Assembly (NCBI GenBank): GCA_004764695.1
Contig: SMSO01000032.1
Span: 8,979,230-9,043,229, forward strand
Direction of reading: 5' to 3'
DNA: 64,000 nt
DNA from: Schizochytrium sp. TIO01
Taxonomy: Eukaryota > Protista > Bigyra: Labyrinthulomycetes
Both the position numbers and the translations under genes were made by a program. The notes beneath the pieces are model-generated. The model saw nothing but the letters and a program-made list of their open reading frames with translations. It was not told the DNA's origin and ran no database searches. Below are positions 1-12,600 of this stretch, in pieces (position 1 is the stretch's first letter; each line of letters opens with the position of its first letter).

Positions 1-225
1 GCTTCGCAGGCCAAGATTCGTATGGCACGAGAGCGAGAACGCAAAATCCGTGCTGGAGCTGCAACAAGAGTTCAAGCGGCAGTAATAGCCCACCGAGCAA
101 AGCGCAAGACTGAGATGCTTAAGCGTAACCAGCAGACAAAACAAGCCCAAGAGCAAGAAGTTCAGCAAGAGCGCCAAGCTCAAGCACGCCGCATCATTCG
201 TCCAGCTGGTCCGAATTGGTATTAG
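1..225 (+). CDS. 3' end of a gene running in from the left edge; charged/Gln-rich coiled-coil-like C-terminus
   Basis: Frame 1 is open from base 1 (ASQAKIRMARERERK...RPAGPNWY*) with no upstream stop in the window; composition is coding-like. Confidence 0.6.
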   Translation, partial: ASQAKIRMARERERKIRAGAATRVQAAVIAHRAKRKTEMLKRNQQTKQAQEQEVQQERQAQARRIIRPAGPNWY

Positions 226-729
226 GTCCCAAGTCTATTCATCGAAACAGTATCCTCTGGTGATTTGAGTGTAAGCATGATTCTCCAATGTACCTCCCAT
301 GCTGTATGTTGGGTAGCAAAGACGAGTCCTTTTGCTCATAAGGTATTGCTCAAGATGTTGGCGTTGTCTGAACAGTTCTTCTTACCTAAAAAATTAATAT
401 CACCAAATCTGCTACACCTTCGCATTCAGATATAACAATATCTTAATTCGTAACTTTGCGGATAGGTCCAAAAATGCTCCTTTCCTGACTATTTGTGGAT
501 AATGAGACAGTGTCATGCGCAGCAACTGCATTGTGTCTATCGAAAAGAAGATATTGCAATGCCTTTTACCAAAGCCTCATATAGTTTTCGTAAACATAGG
601 ATGCACGAAGTCGTACAAATATATTCTAGTGAGGAAGCATTCTGGCTGGAGTCAGTACTCAAGTCAAAGGATTGATAGGACATTAACTCTAAGAACTGGA
701 AGTGGACCCCTTTCAGAGCACTACTGTAA

Positions 730-1150
730 GAGTTGCCTCGTCTCAAAGGGGATCAGAGCCTAGCTGCAGCGTTATATCACAGAGCGTCTCCTCGTTAGTC
801 AATACATTGTGGTCACTAACGAAAACCACACGAACTTCCTTCGCGACAATACAAAGCTTTGGACAGTCCCTAACGTTGTATTTACGGTCCTCAAAGAAAC
901 AAAGCAAACCCACGAAACGCTTCCTCAATCGTTCAATAGCACATTGACACCAGATACTCTGCTGCAACGTACGTGTATACATTTTATTCCCAGACAAGTC
1001 TCTTCACACAGTCAATCTCCTACGCAGGTTTTGTGACGACCTCTACGCGAACGAAAACCGTACCTTTCTCCATCACTAGAGTCCATTTCATAATGTTGAA
1101 CAAGCACTTAATCCTTGCCATCTAGAGCTAAAGCTCTTTTGACTCTTCAA
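730..1150 (+). pseudogene. Degenerate copy of a dispersed, formerly coding sequence (partner at ~38020-38475)
   Basis: Collinear similarity with 38020-38475, e.g. ACGAAAACCGTACCTTTCTC vs ACGAAAACCGTCCCTTTCTC. Peptide match LQRYITERLLVSQYIVVTNENHTNFLRD vs LQLYTIDHLLCSQYIAFPNKNLLDFLRD. Both copies are broken by stops or frameshifts. Confidence 0.5.
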
Positions 1151-2235
1151 TCTATGGCACGTGAGAAGCAATGACTCGAAAGAGTTTGTCTCGATGCCTT
1201 CCCACGGCGATCCTGCTTCTCACTAGCTAGAGGAGTACCCTACATATTCTCTCAAACAATCCATGAAGATCAAATCACATCAACCTTCTTACATAGGGTA
1301 CCCAATCCTTAATTAAAAGTGAGCCTATCTTCACAACTTGCTCCCATTAACATGAACTAAAGACCTTCGATCCAGGGCACAAGTAAATACCAACTGAAAG
1401 TGTTGATTCTACGAAGTAATATTCTTTCTTTTTCTTTTCTTTTTTTTAATTCAAAAGAAAATGTCCTGGACAGTATGAAGGTCATTCCGCCTCGTATAGA
1501 TTTTCTCTACAGAGTTTGCTTCAAAGATAGGCCAGCCGATCCGTGTGCTTCTATATTCTGAAATGGCTTTGCTGCCATAGCGAGCGATGCTCAGATCGCT
1601 TCTCCAGCGCAAGTGAGTCTGCGCATAATGTACAAAAAAGCTGTGCAAGTCCTTTTTCTGGTACTTTTCCAGGGACATGGAGCTGGGTGGGAACTACCTG
1701 CAACGCAAAGATCCCTCCCATAAGTCGCAGGATATTGTGTCAGTCGCGAGGGGAGGCTAAGGAGGCACTGCGTTGCAGTTTCTGCAATGTACATTGGCAG
1801 AGGGTCGAGGAAACCTGGTCTCGAAATAAGATTTTTCTTCTTCGTGAAATCCCTCCGTTGGATTGTCTTCGAAAATGAATGATAAGCCAGGTTTAACACG
1901 AGGAAAGGTTTCGGTTCCAAAGGATAATAATCTAACTTTTTCTCTATTGTAGATACCCCCTAGGTCCTAGAAAAGCGGATGAATATCCACACTCAAGGTT
2001 GAGACTTTGTTGTTCCCTGTATTGAAACCTGGTATCTGAGGATGCTATGATGGCAAATGAGACGGTACTAAGTACAACCTTATGCCTAGGTTTTGTTCCT
2101 GCTGAAGCGGGTGCATAATGCATCTGGCCCAGTCCGACAGATTAAAAGGGATGCTCTATGTACAAGCAAAACCCTTATATCTGCAAACTTCAATTTCTAG
2201 TAGCTCGTTGGACCTAAGCGCGAGACTAGAATAAA

Positions 2236-5200
2236 ATGCTTGGACAGAATAATGATAAAGAACAAGAGGATCTCTGCATCCATGTCTCTAGTGGAGAACC
2301 TGCTACAAAAAGTTCTTCCAGTTTATTTCTTTCAGACGAAGAGAGTATGGACTATCCTGTTCAAAATGACACTGATCCGGAGTGTAGTATAAAGCGAGTG
2401 TCTGATGCTACATTCTTGAACATGAAGCCAAGCGTGGATAGTACTAGCAGCTCCCATGCTGATGATGAAGTCAATCGCGTGCGCTGCATGCTTAATCGAC
2501 TTCAACAAGAAGCTGATAAACAGCACAAAGAAACTCCTGAGGATGAAGATCCTTCTCTTTCGATCGCATTAACTCCAGCGGAGATTAAACTTCTCACATC
2601 TTTGCTAGACCGCGGGTACCTTCGACTGCCACATGAAACCTTGCGTCACTCTCTGCCTCCACGCACCCGGAAACTTACAGCAATACAGTACTCTATGATT
2701 CTTTCACGCGTACGTGGAGATGGTCATTGGCCTGTTAATGTGGGTTTTCGAAACCTTGAGTACATAATCAAGGTACCTAAAGCTGACGCTGGAATTCCTA
2801 CGGTTGGATCGACACTCTATAAAGTGGTTGCACCCCTGGTGAATCTATTTTATAGCAAGACCAAAGAGTCAATTGAGATCCCGGTACTGTGCAAGGTATC
2901 AGGCGCATTTGAGGCAGGAACATCAACACTTGTACTTGGTCCTCCTGGATGCGGTGTGACATCTTTATTTAAAGTTCTAAGTGGTAGAGCCAAAGTTGGC
3001 GGGCGGTATAAACTCAAGGGAGAGCAGTTTTACTCTGGTTTTCGCCCTGAAGATCTACATTTGCGCAAGCTAGCCATGTATGTAGACCAAATGGACCAGC
3101 ATACAGCTGTATTGACAGTGCGCGAAACTTTGAAATTTGCATATGAATGTTTTGGAGGGGCTCAGACGGCAGTCCGCGTAGTTGCATTTCCAGGCACGAA
3201 TCAAGAGGCTACCGAAGAAGAGAAAGCTAGAATCATCGAACAGCTCGAGAACTACCCCGATTTCATTATTCACAACCTTGCACTGGACCGTGCCGCTGAT
3301 ACTGTAGTAGGAAACCCTATGCTCCGTGGGGTTTCTGGTGGCGAGAAGAAACGTGTGACATCTGGTGAAATGTTAATGGCAAGGCGCCCTCTCACATTTT
3401 ACGATCAAATTTCTACTGGTCTAGACAGCGCAGCTACTTTTGATATTTGCCGGCGAATCACTAAAGTGGCTCAGACGCTTCATCTTACACCAGTTGTATC
3501 TCTCCTTCAACCCCCACCAGAAGTGTATGATCTTTTTGATGAAATCCTTATTCTCGCCCTTGGATATGTCGTGTATCATGGCCCGCGCGAAGATGTCCTA
3601 CCTTACTTTTCTAGTATTGGTTTCGAGTGTCCATTTGATCGTGACATTGCTGACTTTATCCAGGAGGTAACAACTTCAGCGCGAGTTAAATACCAAGTGA
3701 AGAATGATGCACCGCAAAATGAACAAGAGATGGCCTTTGCATGGCAGATCTCCTCATATTCAGAAGCCAAGCGCAGAGCAGTAGACAGATATTGCAATCC
3801 TACTAACAAAGTTGACAGTGCAACACGAGCCCTCCTGTATGATAAAAGCACTGATGTTTACGCAAATCCATTTTGCAAAGAGTTTCAGTTGGTTCTCCGA
3901 CGACAAGTACAGTTGGTGCTTCGAGATCCAGCATTTATCAAAGCTCGGTTTATGCAGTCTATCATCATGGGTGTTCTGATTGGTACGGTGTTTATCCGCA
4001 TTGATCCTGCATTGCCTACGAGTATTGATGCCATCAACGTGACACCCATTACGCAGCGTTATGGTGTGATGTTTTCTACACTTATGCAATGCACATTTGC
4101 AGGTATGGCTCAAGTCCCTATTGTTCTGGGGCAAAGGCCTGTCTATTACAAGCAAAGCTCTTCCTTCTTCTTTCGCACAGTAAGCTATGTACTTGGTGAA
4201 GTTGTTTCAGTAATGCCGATAGCAATTGTAGAGTCCATCTTGCTTGGTCTTCCAATGTTTTGGATTACCGCAATTGTTCCCTGGGGAGCAGACTCACAGA
4301 CTGGAGATTCGGATGTGGGTGCATGCTTTGTCATTTTCCTTTGTATTATGATCATTCTGAACATTTCTTTTGCCTCGTTTTTGCGTGCTGTAGCAACCTT
4401 TGTACCAACGCCAGGCATTGGGCAAGCCATTACTGGCATTTGCGCCTCTGCTGCAATGATTTACAGTGGCTTCGTTGTAGTACGCAGTGCAATGCCCCCA
4501 TGGTTCGTATGGATTTACTATCTTTCCCCCATTGCATGGGCCTATCGCGCAGCTGTGATTACCATTTTCTCGTCCAAAGCATTCACACCGGAGCAAACCG
4601 CATTTGCGCTTGAGCTGTTTGACTTTGAACAAAATGAGGAATACATTTGGGCTGGCGTTCTAATGCTTATTGGATATACCTTTGTAAATATTGCGCTCAG
4701 CTATATTGGTTATTCGCATTTTCGTTACGACTCTTCAGCCCGCCAGACGAAAGTTAATCTACTTTCTGAAGGTGTGCGAGATGCTAATTTGATTAAAAGA
4801 GGGGATCGGCGCATGGAACAACGATTGGATGAGGATGCACAGTCAACAGCAGAAGAAGTTCTGCCTCAATATGATCTTACCAGCAGACATAAATTGCGGA
4901 TGGAAAGTTCATTGCAGAATGACAATTTTATCCCCGTGGACTTAGTCTTTCGAAACCTGTGGTACTCGGTCCAAGGACCAGATGACAAGAAGGGTAAATA
5001 TTCGCTTGACTTGCTTAAGGATGTGTCTGGTTTTGCTGAAGCAGGTACACTAACTGCTTTGATGGGCAGCAGCGGTGCTGGAAAGACTACACTGCTTGAT
5101 GTGCTTGCATTGCGTAAAACGAGTGGACTTACGCAAGGGCAAGTGCTCGTCAATGGACATCCTCAAGAAAAGATAACATTTTCTCGGATTGTGGGCTACG

Positions 5201-6891
5201 TAGAACAGAATGACATCCATAGCCCATTTGCTACTGTGGAAGAGGCACTGATTTTCTCTGCTACCCTTCGTCAGTCAGCAAACCTTCCTCGTGAAGCAAA
5301 GGAGAGCTTTGTAGAAGGTGTGATTGCAACATTAGACCTATCAGACATTCGGGATTTCAAGATTGGCTCTAAATTCTCTGGAGGGCTGACAACAGAGCAA
5401 GTGAAACGTGTTACAATTGGCGTGGAGTTGGCTGCAAACCCAGCAATTGTTTTTGCAGATGAGCCCACCTCAGGTCTTGATGCAAATTCAGCGCGTGCAG
5501 TCATGATTGGGCTTGAGCGCATTGCTCGAGCAGGTAGAACAGTAATTTGTACTATTCACCAGCCGTCCAAAGATATTTTTCTAAAATTTGATCGCTTATT
5601 ACTGCTACAGCGAGGCGGTGAAATTGTATATTTTGGGGATCTAGGTGAGAGGGCATGCCATTTATTGAATTATCTAGCAGGTATTCCAGGGACACCTCAA
5701 ATTCCCAACGCACGGTACAATCCAGCAACGTTCATGTTAGAGGTGATAGGTGCAGGAGCAAACTCCCAACGGAATACCGAAAGGATTGTTGACTTTGCCT
5801 TGGAGTATCGGGAGAGCCAGTTGTTTCAAGATGCAGAAGCAAAGATAAGCAGCATAATTGACAGCAACTTGGACAACCGGGCAGCAATAGCTTTTGATCA
5901 AAGCTTTGCAAGTAATTTCTCCACGCAGCTCGAACAATTAACCAAGCGTTGGCTGCGAGCCTATTGGCGAAACCCTGGATATAATACTACGCGAATCACT
6001 ATGACTGTGTTCATTGCAACATTTTTTGGTTTGACATTCTTGCAGCAAGCCAAAGAACTTAATCGTACGCAGGATGTTCAAAGCTTTTGTGGTCTGTTGT
6101 ACATTGCCACTGCCTTTACAGGCGTCATTGCAGTCAATACTGCGATTCCTACGATTATGGAGGAACGAGCTCCATTCTATCGTGAACGTGCAGCTTCGTA
6201 TTATGGAGTTGCACCCATGATTTGTGCTATTACCTCTGCAGAGGTTCCGTATGTTATTGCGGGAACAGTAAGTTGGTGACGTGCGTCGTGCTTAGAATTG
6301 CAAAACTTGCAAATGGCTGGATTTTTTGCTAAACTCACAACATTGAACTCACCATTACCTTGTCCGAATGTTTTGTATGACTCACAGCTACTTCACATTC
6401 CTATATTTTACTTCCTTGTCCATTTTTGGTACAACGTGAGAGCGTTTTTCCTTTATTGGTTTGTCTATCTCATGTACATGCTGGTGATGACCTTTTGGGG
6501 ACACTTTCTAGCCAGTGTTTCTCCAAACCAGCAAGTGGCAGCAATCATAGGCTCCATTTCATTTGGGCTTTGGGTCTTAACTGCTGGTATGGTGATTGCA
6601 GTAAAGGACATCCCTAAATTTTGGTACTGGTTGAGTTGCATTAACCCGATTCGATACGCATTCAATGCTTTGGTAGTTATTCAACTAGGGTGCGAGAGTT
6701 CAGAAGATAGCGATGCACCTGGGTGCGCAGCCCTCCCGAATGGAATTACAGCTTGGGCATTTGTGCAAGATAACTTTGGGTTTGAAGCTAATGACTGGGT
6801 GTATTGCTTGAGTGCGCTTGTAGGCTTTCTCGTGGGGTTTCGAGGATGCACAATTCTGGCTTACAAATACGTTTCTTTTCTTCGCAGATAA
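2236..6891 (+). CDS. Full-size PDR-type ABCG transporter (NBD-TMD-NBD-TMD), ~1511 aa; exons 2236-6267 and 6388-6891
   Basis: Motifs LGPPGCGVTS, RGVSGGEKKRVT, DQISTGLDS, LTALMGSSGAGKTTLLDVLA, DEPTSGLD, CTIHQPS, YNPATFMLEV, ERAPFYRERA. A GTAAGT donor at 6268 and CTCACAG acceptor ending 6387 join the two ORFs in frame (120-nt phase-0 intron). Confidence 0.95.
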
Positions 6892-7171
6892 TTCAAGATT
6901 CTAAGTTTTATCATACTCCTTTTCTTAATTTCTTCCCTACCATGATTGGTTTTTCCTATGCCATGTCTGGTACGCTATTTGAAAATGGCCTGTAGTCTTT
7001 TAGCCTCTTACAAAAAGAGAAGAGGAGGGTGGAAATCTATTTCTTTTGTTCTTTGCATACGTGGCATGTTCACTTCACTGTTGCTGCTATTTACTCATTT
7101 ATTTTCACACAAGAATTTCTGTAAAGCACTCTGTTTTGTTTTTCCAAGGCATTCTTTGTTATGATGCAAGG

Positions 7172-8086
7172 CTATGCTATTTGCATAGCTTTGCCTGCTC
7201 GTCCATCAGGGTCCCCCCCCATTGTTGTCGCTGTTGCTTGTGCTGAATTTGATGAGGAATGTTGAACCCTTGATGGCACTTTGGTTTCTATACTATCTTC
7301 AGGAGACGGGTCTAGAGCATACAAACCAATGTAAGACATGAGAGCAATGATACAAATGAATTGAGTAGAACTACGCAGTAAATTGGAGGGTTTGCAGTCA
7401 TCATATTTCCAGAGTTTGGTAAATTCTGGGTCTCCTTCAAGTACCATTGATTCGCAGTAGTTTTGGTCATTTGTTATCTCAGTACAGTCTACAATAGAAA
7501 GTCGAACCCATGGGCACACAATGCCGAGGCCCACTGGGATATAGAGAATAAAACTGAGAACAACTACTACTACCACGAGTTGACGGAAAAACCAGAGAGA
7601 CTTAAAACGGGGATGTAAAGAGTATAGTTGACGATATATAAGCATGCTGAAGCCAGTGTGAAAAACAATGAAAATAAAGAATACATAGGCTGAGTAGTTG
7701 TGAATGTCAGGATAGCTGCTTGTGTCAAAAATCGCAAGGAGAAAGCCCCCAACCGCCGCAATGCCACCAAAACAAGATGCCAATAGGTTTTGCCACTTCA
7801 CTGGTCTTTCGGGCATCCAGGCCTGCACATATTTATATTGCAAGACCATCAAGACCCCTAGCATGATACACGCAATAGAAATGAAGATGGAAAACACATA
7901 ATACCCAGGTTTATCACGGCCAGTGTCGGAGAAGTATGGCATTGGTAGGCCACCTGTGTAAGTATCGCGCACGGATGCAATGGATATGCATACTATATAG
8001 GCAAGAATGACTCCCGTGGGGCAGACTGATGCAATTGCTGCGCGGGCATTTATGTCTCTCCTTTTGATGACTTCGTTGGGACTCAT
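7172..8086 (-). CDS. Frag1/DRAM/Sfk1 (TMEM150-like) multi-pass membrane protein, paralog A
   Basis: PYFSDTG motif after TM1, FDT..YPDIHNYSAYVFF motif and about 6 hydrophobic segments. First ATG at 8086; the ORF-track start at 8104 is a GTG. Confidence 0.85.
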   Translation of the reverse strand: MSPNEVIKRRDINARAAIASVCPTGVILAYIVCISIASVRDTYTGGLPMPYFSDTGRDKPGYYVFSIFISIACIMLGVLMVLQYKYVQAWMPERPVKWQNLLASCFGGIAAVGGFLLAIFDTSSYPDIHNYSAYVFFIFIVFHTGFSMLIYRQLYSLHPRFKSLWFFRQLVVVVVVLSFILYIPVGLGIVCPWVRLSIVDCTEITNDQNYCESMVLEGDPEFTKLWKYDDCKPSNLLRSSTQFICIIALMSYIGLYALDPSPEDSIETKVPSRVQHSSSNSAQATATTMGGDPDGRAGKAMQIA

Positions 8087-8189
8087 TCCTTCCCAACTGA
8101 CCACCTGTACTTTGCCCTCTTCGGAATGAGTTGATGAGTAGTTGCTTCACGCCACCTGTGACCGCCAAAGTTGCGAGGAGAGTGACTTG

Positions 8190-8230
8190 TGCTTTGCTTT
8201 GCTTTGCTTTGCTCTGGTGTTGCTTTGCTT
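8190..8230 (-). repeat. (GCAAA)n microsatellite in the probable 5' UTR of DRAM paralog A
   Basis: GCTTT repeats on the + strand, about 100-140 bp upstream of the start. The same motif lies upstream of the LEA-like gene. Confidence 0.7.
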
Positions 8231-8834
8231 TGGTGTTGCCTGTAGCATTTCCCCGCGAGCTGTGTGCACGGCTGTTGGAGTCCCAAGTTCGTGATGCCGA
8301 CTTCCATGATCATGAATATTTGCTAATGATGACCTCTAGGCATGTACTTACTAGCGGCATCAGGTAATACCTATGCCATATCCACAGTATTGTGCTTCTA
8401 CTACCGTATCTGGTGTCATGTAGACGACATACTGATTGGGTAATTGTTTTGGCTTGAGTTTTTACCAAGCTAAAGGATTTCATGTCATTACCTCTGACTA
8501 GTGGGAGTGTTGAAGCCACAGAGTTCCAGGAGAAGACATGTGAAGCATGTGCTAAGTATTCTGTAGTACACTCTGCAAATGTAGTAAAAGGAGAAACAAA
8601 AGAACAAATTAAAATATAGGTGTAGTACAAAGGCTATGTTTTGAAAAAGAGAAAAGGTTACTATTCATTTGCCACATGGATGGCCATCTGCTTAATCAGA
8701 GATCTGTGAAGATGAAGCAATTAAAAGCTCACCAGGGACACGAGAGTCTCGCAGAAATCACTCCATATAGTTCTGATTAATAAAATTCATAGGTATCTCT
8801 CACTCTGACATTTGCTTGTAGTCTTGGGTTTAAG

Positions 8835-9650
8835 TCATTTGGCAGAGTTATATTCTTCATTGTCCTTGACCTTCGTTTGGGGCGGATAAGGGTCTGCAGA
8901 GTAAAGGCCGACGAGAATTAGGACGGATACTATGCACACAAACTGAGTTGCAGAGCGCATTGTATTAACTTCAGTACATCCATCATAATTGAAGAGGATG
9001 GTGAGTGAAGGGTCATCGGCTTTAACCTTGGACTCACAATAATCCTTGTCACCAGTAAATGAAATGCAGTCGGCCATAGTGAGCCTAGTCCAGTCGCAAA
9101 TCAAACCAAGGCCAATTGGGATGTAGCAGAGAAAAGCTAAGAAAAATATTGTCGTCAAAACATAGCGAACGATGGTGATCTTCTTGAAGTTCTCCGGGAA
9201 CTTGATAGAGAGAACCCTGTAGATAGTGATGCTTATGATCGCGTGGATAACGATGAGAATGAAGAAAATGTACGCTGAGTATGAATGAATTGCACTGTAT
9301 CGTGATGTATCAAAAATTGATAGCATCGCGCTACCGATTGGGGCAATCGCCCCTGCAATCGTTGCAGTATAATTTCTGCATGTTACCTCCCCGTTGTTAA
9401 GCCATTTGTTGATGAAAAAGAATTGCAAGATCATGAAGGGAATCATGAGGATGCTTGAAACCGTGTTAAGTGTAGCAAACACATAGTAGGCGGGTTTATC
9501 GCGACCTGTGTCAGAAAAGTAGGGGAATGGCAAGCCTCCAATGTACGTGTCCTTCCCAATTGCAATGCTAATGCACGTGATGTAGGAGATAAGCAGCAGT
9601 CCTGCCGATGAGGCTGCCAAAACCCGGCGTGCAAGCCATGCGTCCACCAT
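8835..9650 (-). CDS. Frag1/DRAM/Sfk1 (TMEM150-like) multi-pass membrane protein, paralog B (271 aa)
   Basis: Full-length homology to 7172-8086 (DTYxGGLPxPYFSDTGRDKPxYYVF; IFDTSxY; YIPxGLG; RSxTQFxCI). AAGATG start context. Confidence 0.88.
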   Translation of the reverse strand: MVDAWLARRVLAASSAGLLLISYITCISIAIGKDTYIGGLPFPYFSDTGRDKPAYYVFATLNTVSSILMIPFMILQFFFINKWLNNGEVTCRNYTATIAGAIAPIGSAMLSIFDTSRYSAIHSYSAYIFFILIVIHAIISITIYRVLSIKFPENFKKITIVRYVLTTIFFLAFLCYIPIGLGLICDWTRLTMADCISFTGDKDYCESKVKADDPSLTILFNYDGCTEVNTMRSATQFVCIVSVLILVGLYSADPYPPQTKVKDNEEYNSAK

Positions 9651-12600
9651 CTTAAGCTATGGCCCTGTCTTTAGCTCGAACCCTTTTGTCAGACTAGAAC
9701 TCAATATAGGTCTGGACTTCGAAGCAGCACATTTGTCAACGCGGTTCACCTTATGGCGGCCTGCTTTAACGCTTACTGTAGACAGTAGGTAGTTGCTATG
9801 CAGTACCCAAGTAAAAGTTAGTTTGTAAAGTTTACACTTTTCAAGAAAGCGTCATTTTACCGTATAATATCTAGTCAAGTTAAAAACTAGGAGCTGTTTT
9901 ACTCTCTTTGGATCAGGTGAGTTACCTTTTCAAGTAGTAGTTGTGATAGGAGGGGGTACCTACCTACGACTCTCCCACACTCTGCTCCAGCGCCAAAGAT
10001 TTGCAGAGCTGTCGATTTACAACTTGCCTCCTGAGCTAGAACAGAACCACAGCACTTCATGCACTTCATGCACAAACAAACAAAGAATCAAGCAAAGAAT
10101 CAATCAATCCAACGGGCACGACTCGAAGAGCCAGGTTGCAAACGACGCATAAAGTCAGTCGAGTCTTCGTCTCTGAAAGCGCAACGATGCTCCTCAGAAT
10201 ATATATATCATACCTGAGGGACGCACGTCTCTTTTTCAATTTCCAATTAAAACAAATAAAGAAACAAGCACAGGCTATGCATCATTTCAGTAAAGGCAAT
10301 GATCATTGACGGTTTGGCGAAAAGCAAAAGCAAAAGCAAAAGAATGGCGACAGTCGAATGAATGCAAAAACAAAGAAGGAGAAGGAGCACAACGTCTTGC
10401 TTGATTGATTGATTGAAGCAGCACCGCCTGCGTTGACGAGAGCTCCTCCCACGCTCGTTACGTGGATACCGTTGCGGGCCAGCTCCAGTTTGGTGCGGAC
10501 CGGCGACGTCCCTCCCTGGCTGGCTGGCTCAGCTGTCTTCAAGCTTGCTTCCAGTGGGGCATGGACTGCGCTGCGCAGAGCTGATTGAAGGAGAGACTGC
10601 CAAGATAAATAAAAGAATTAAGCGGATAGCGAACATGGGTCCGCTCCAATTGTTTGCACACCTTTTCGAGGCTTAAGTGGGTATTAATACACGTTTACTG
10701 GGACCACTGTGCTCTCTCTGTTCGTCAAAGAGGCTGCTTTATAATTTGCCTATTCAGGAAGGACAGAGAGCTGAGAAAGCGCCTGCCTGCGTTCTGATGG
10801 TGGTGGGATAAGTACGGCGGTCCTCTCGTCGATACGGAAGGCCGCGTGGGCGCAGCTCAGCTCAGGCCGCGTAGCCAAGGGAGGAGTGAGTGAGTGAAGG
10901 CAAGAAAGAAAGAACATGAAAGCCTTCTCTTCTGTGCTGAGTTCCGAAGCTTTCTTTCACTCTGAAGAGGAAGAGCGCCTCACTTTCAACCATTTCTTTC
11001 TATTTTGATTAAATAAAACATATCTTGAAATGGCATTATCAATATTACTTTAAACACGAAAATTAAAACCAAGAACCTCGAATACGTATATGCTTTTGCT
11101 GGGCTGTTACTTTTGAGGAAAACGGATAGAGTGTAACATGATAATGGCATGACGGAGGAGGCGCCGCCTGCATTACGGAATGCATGATTTGGGAGATGGT
11201 TTTCTCGTTTTGATAAAGGCGTATCTGCCATTTTAAAAAGCCATTGATGACTTCATTTTAAAAAGAGATATGAAGTAAAATAATAAAATTGAGTATGGTC
11301 GATGGAACGTTAGGTGCTCATAGAGTACTCCTAGAGGCAGAGCCTTCAAAGAAAATCCAAGTTGGAACCTATTTTGGAACGCTGGAGGGGTACGCGCGCT
11401 CGAAAGGGATGGAGAAGTCAGAAAGGGAAAAAGATGGGAGACAGACGCCTTTGTTGATGAGGTGAGCGCTTCATCGTGGACTTCTTCAGACAGAGCCTCT
11501 TTCCTGAGAGACGGCTGCTTAGGCCCTCTGCCGAAGCCTGCGTAGTCCGTTTCTTTGCTTGGCCTTCCGGAAATAATCCATGCGTGAAAATGACGCTTTA
11601 CAAATTACGCCTGATTACCCACTTTTTAATATGTTAATTTCATTTTAAAAATTAACTTGAATGGTAATAGGTGTATCATGATGAAGATGGGAGAAGTATA
11701 AAGCGAAGGTCAATCAACAACAGACGCACAGACAGATGATAAAAAGACGTGTGCTCGACCTTCATGTTCACAGGAACTACAGCAGATGCATCGTAACTAG
11801 TACCAGGTAGTATATCAATACTCAAGGCCGCTCCTTTTCATCCTTTTCGCCGAGATGATCCTTACTGGAGAAAAACTTATATGTAGGCATATATATGTTC
11901 CACTTCAAAAGACATGGATGGCTATATAATGAGAAGGCCCAGTGTAGAAAAACTGTGGCTTCCCACTGGAGCGTGCTCTCATGGCGTGCGATACATTTTG
12001 TCTTCTGTTTTTTGAAGAGTTAGTTTCTCAATGAGTGGTGGTGTGCTTTCGAGTCCCAGCTGCAAGCTATGATGTGATTCGGTCTACGAGTCGCCAACTA
12101 TTTGTAGGTGTCTTGTGCGTCGCTCCCAGAGCTGCTCGGAATGAATTTTAAAGAGCTATAAACGAGGGGTAGTTTTACTTTCGGCAGGTTGGTTTGCCAA
12201 CGTAGGTGCATCCAACCGGAAATTCATAATCCAACAAAAAGACTGATGTTTTGAAGTTGACTTGGATGATAGGTACTATCTACCAAATCACATACCTAGG
12301 CACCTTACGGCACACCATCGAAACCTGTGCTGAAGCAAACGTTGATCAAGCATCACCAAGAGGATGAAAAGAGACAGCTCTGCCATGCGACTCATGTCCT
12401 TAGGGACAGAGAAATAATTAGTTCAACTATGTTGATTCATTTACAAAACACGGCCACAAAACTCAACAGTCTGATGCAGAGTTAAAAGGAAAGCTGACAT
12501 CCATGTTCTCGTCACAAGTAGAATACTGCTATTGCAATCTATTTCATATAAGAAAGTCATCAGTAAATTGCCAACCGAAATGTCTTGCCATTTATGGACT

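Noticed and set aside
6298-6891. Separate 197-aa membrane protein
   Set aside because: It is exon 2 of the ABCG gene; its TTG start lies inside the intron.
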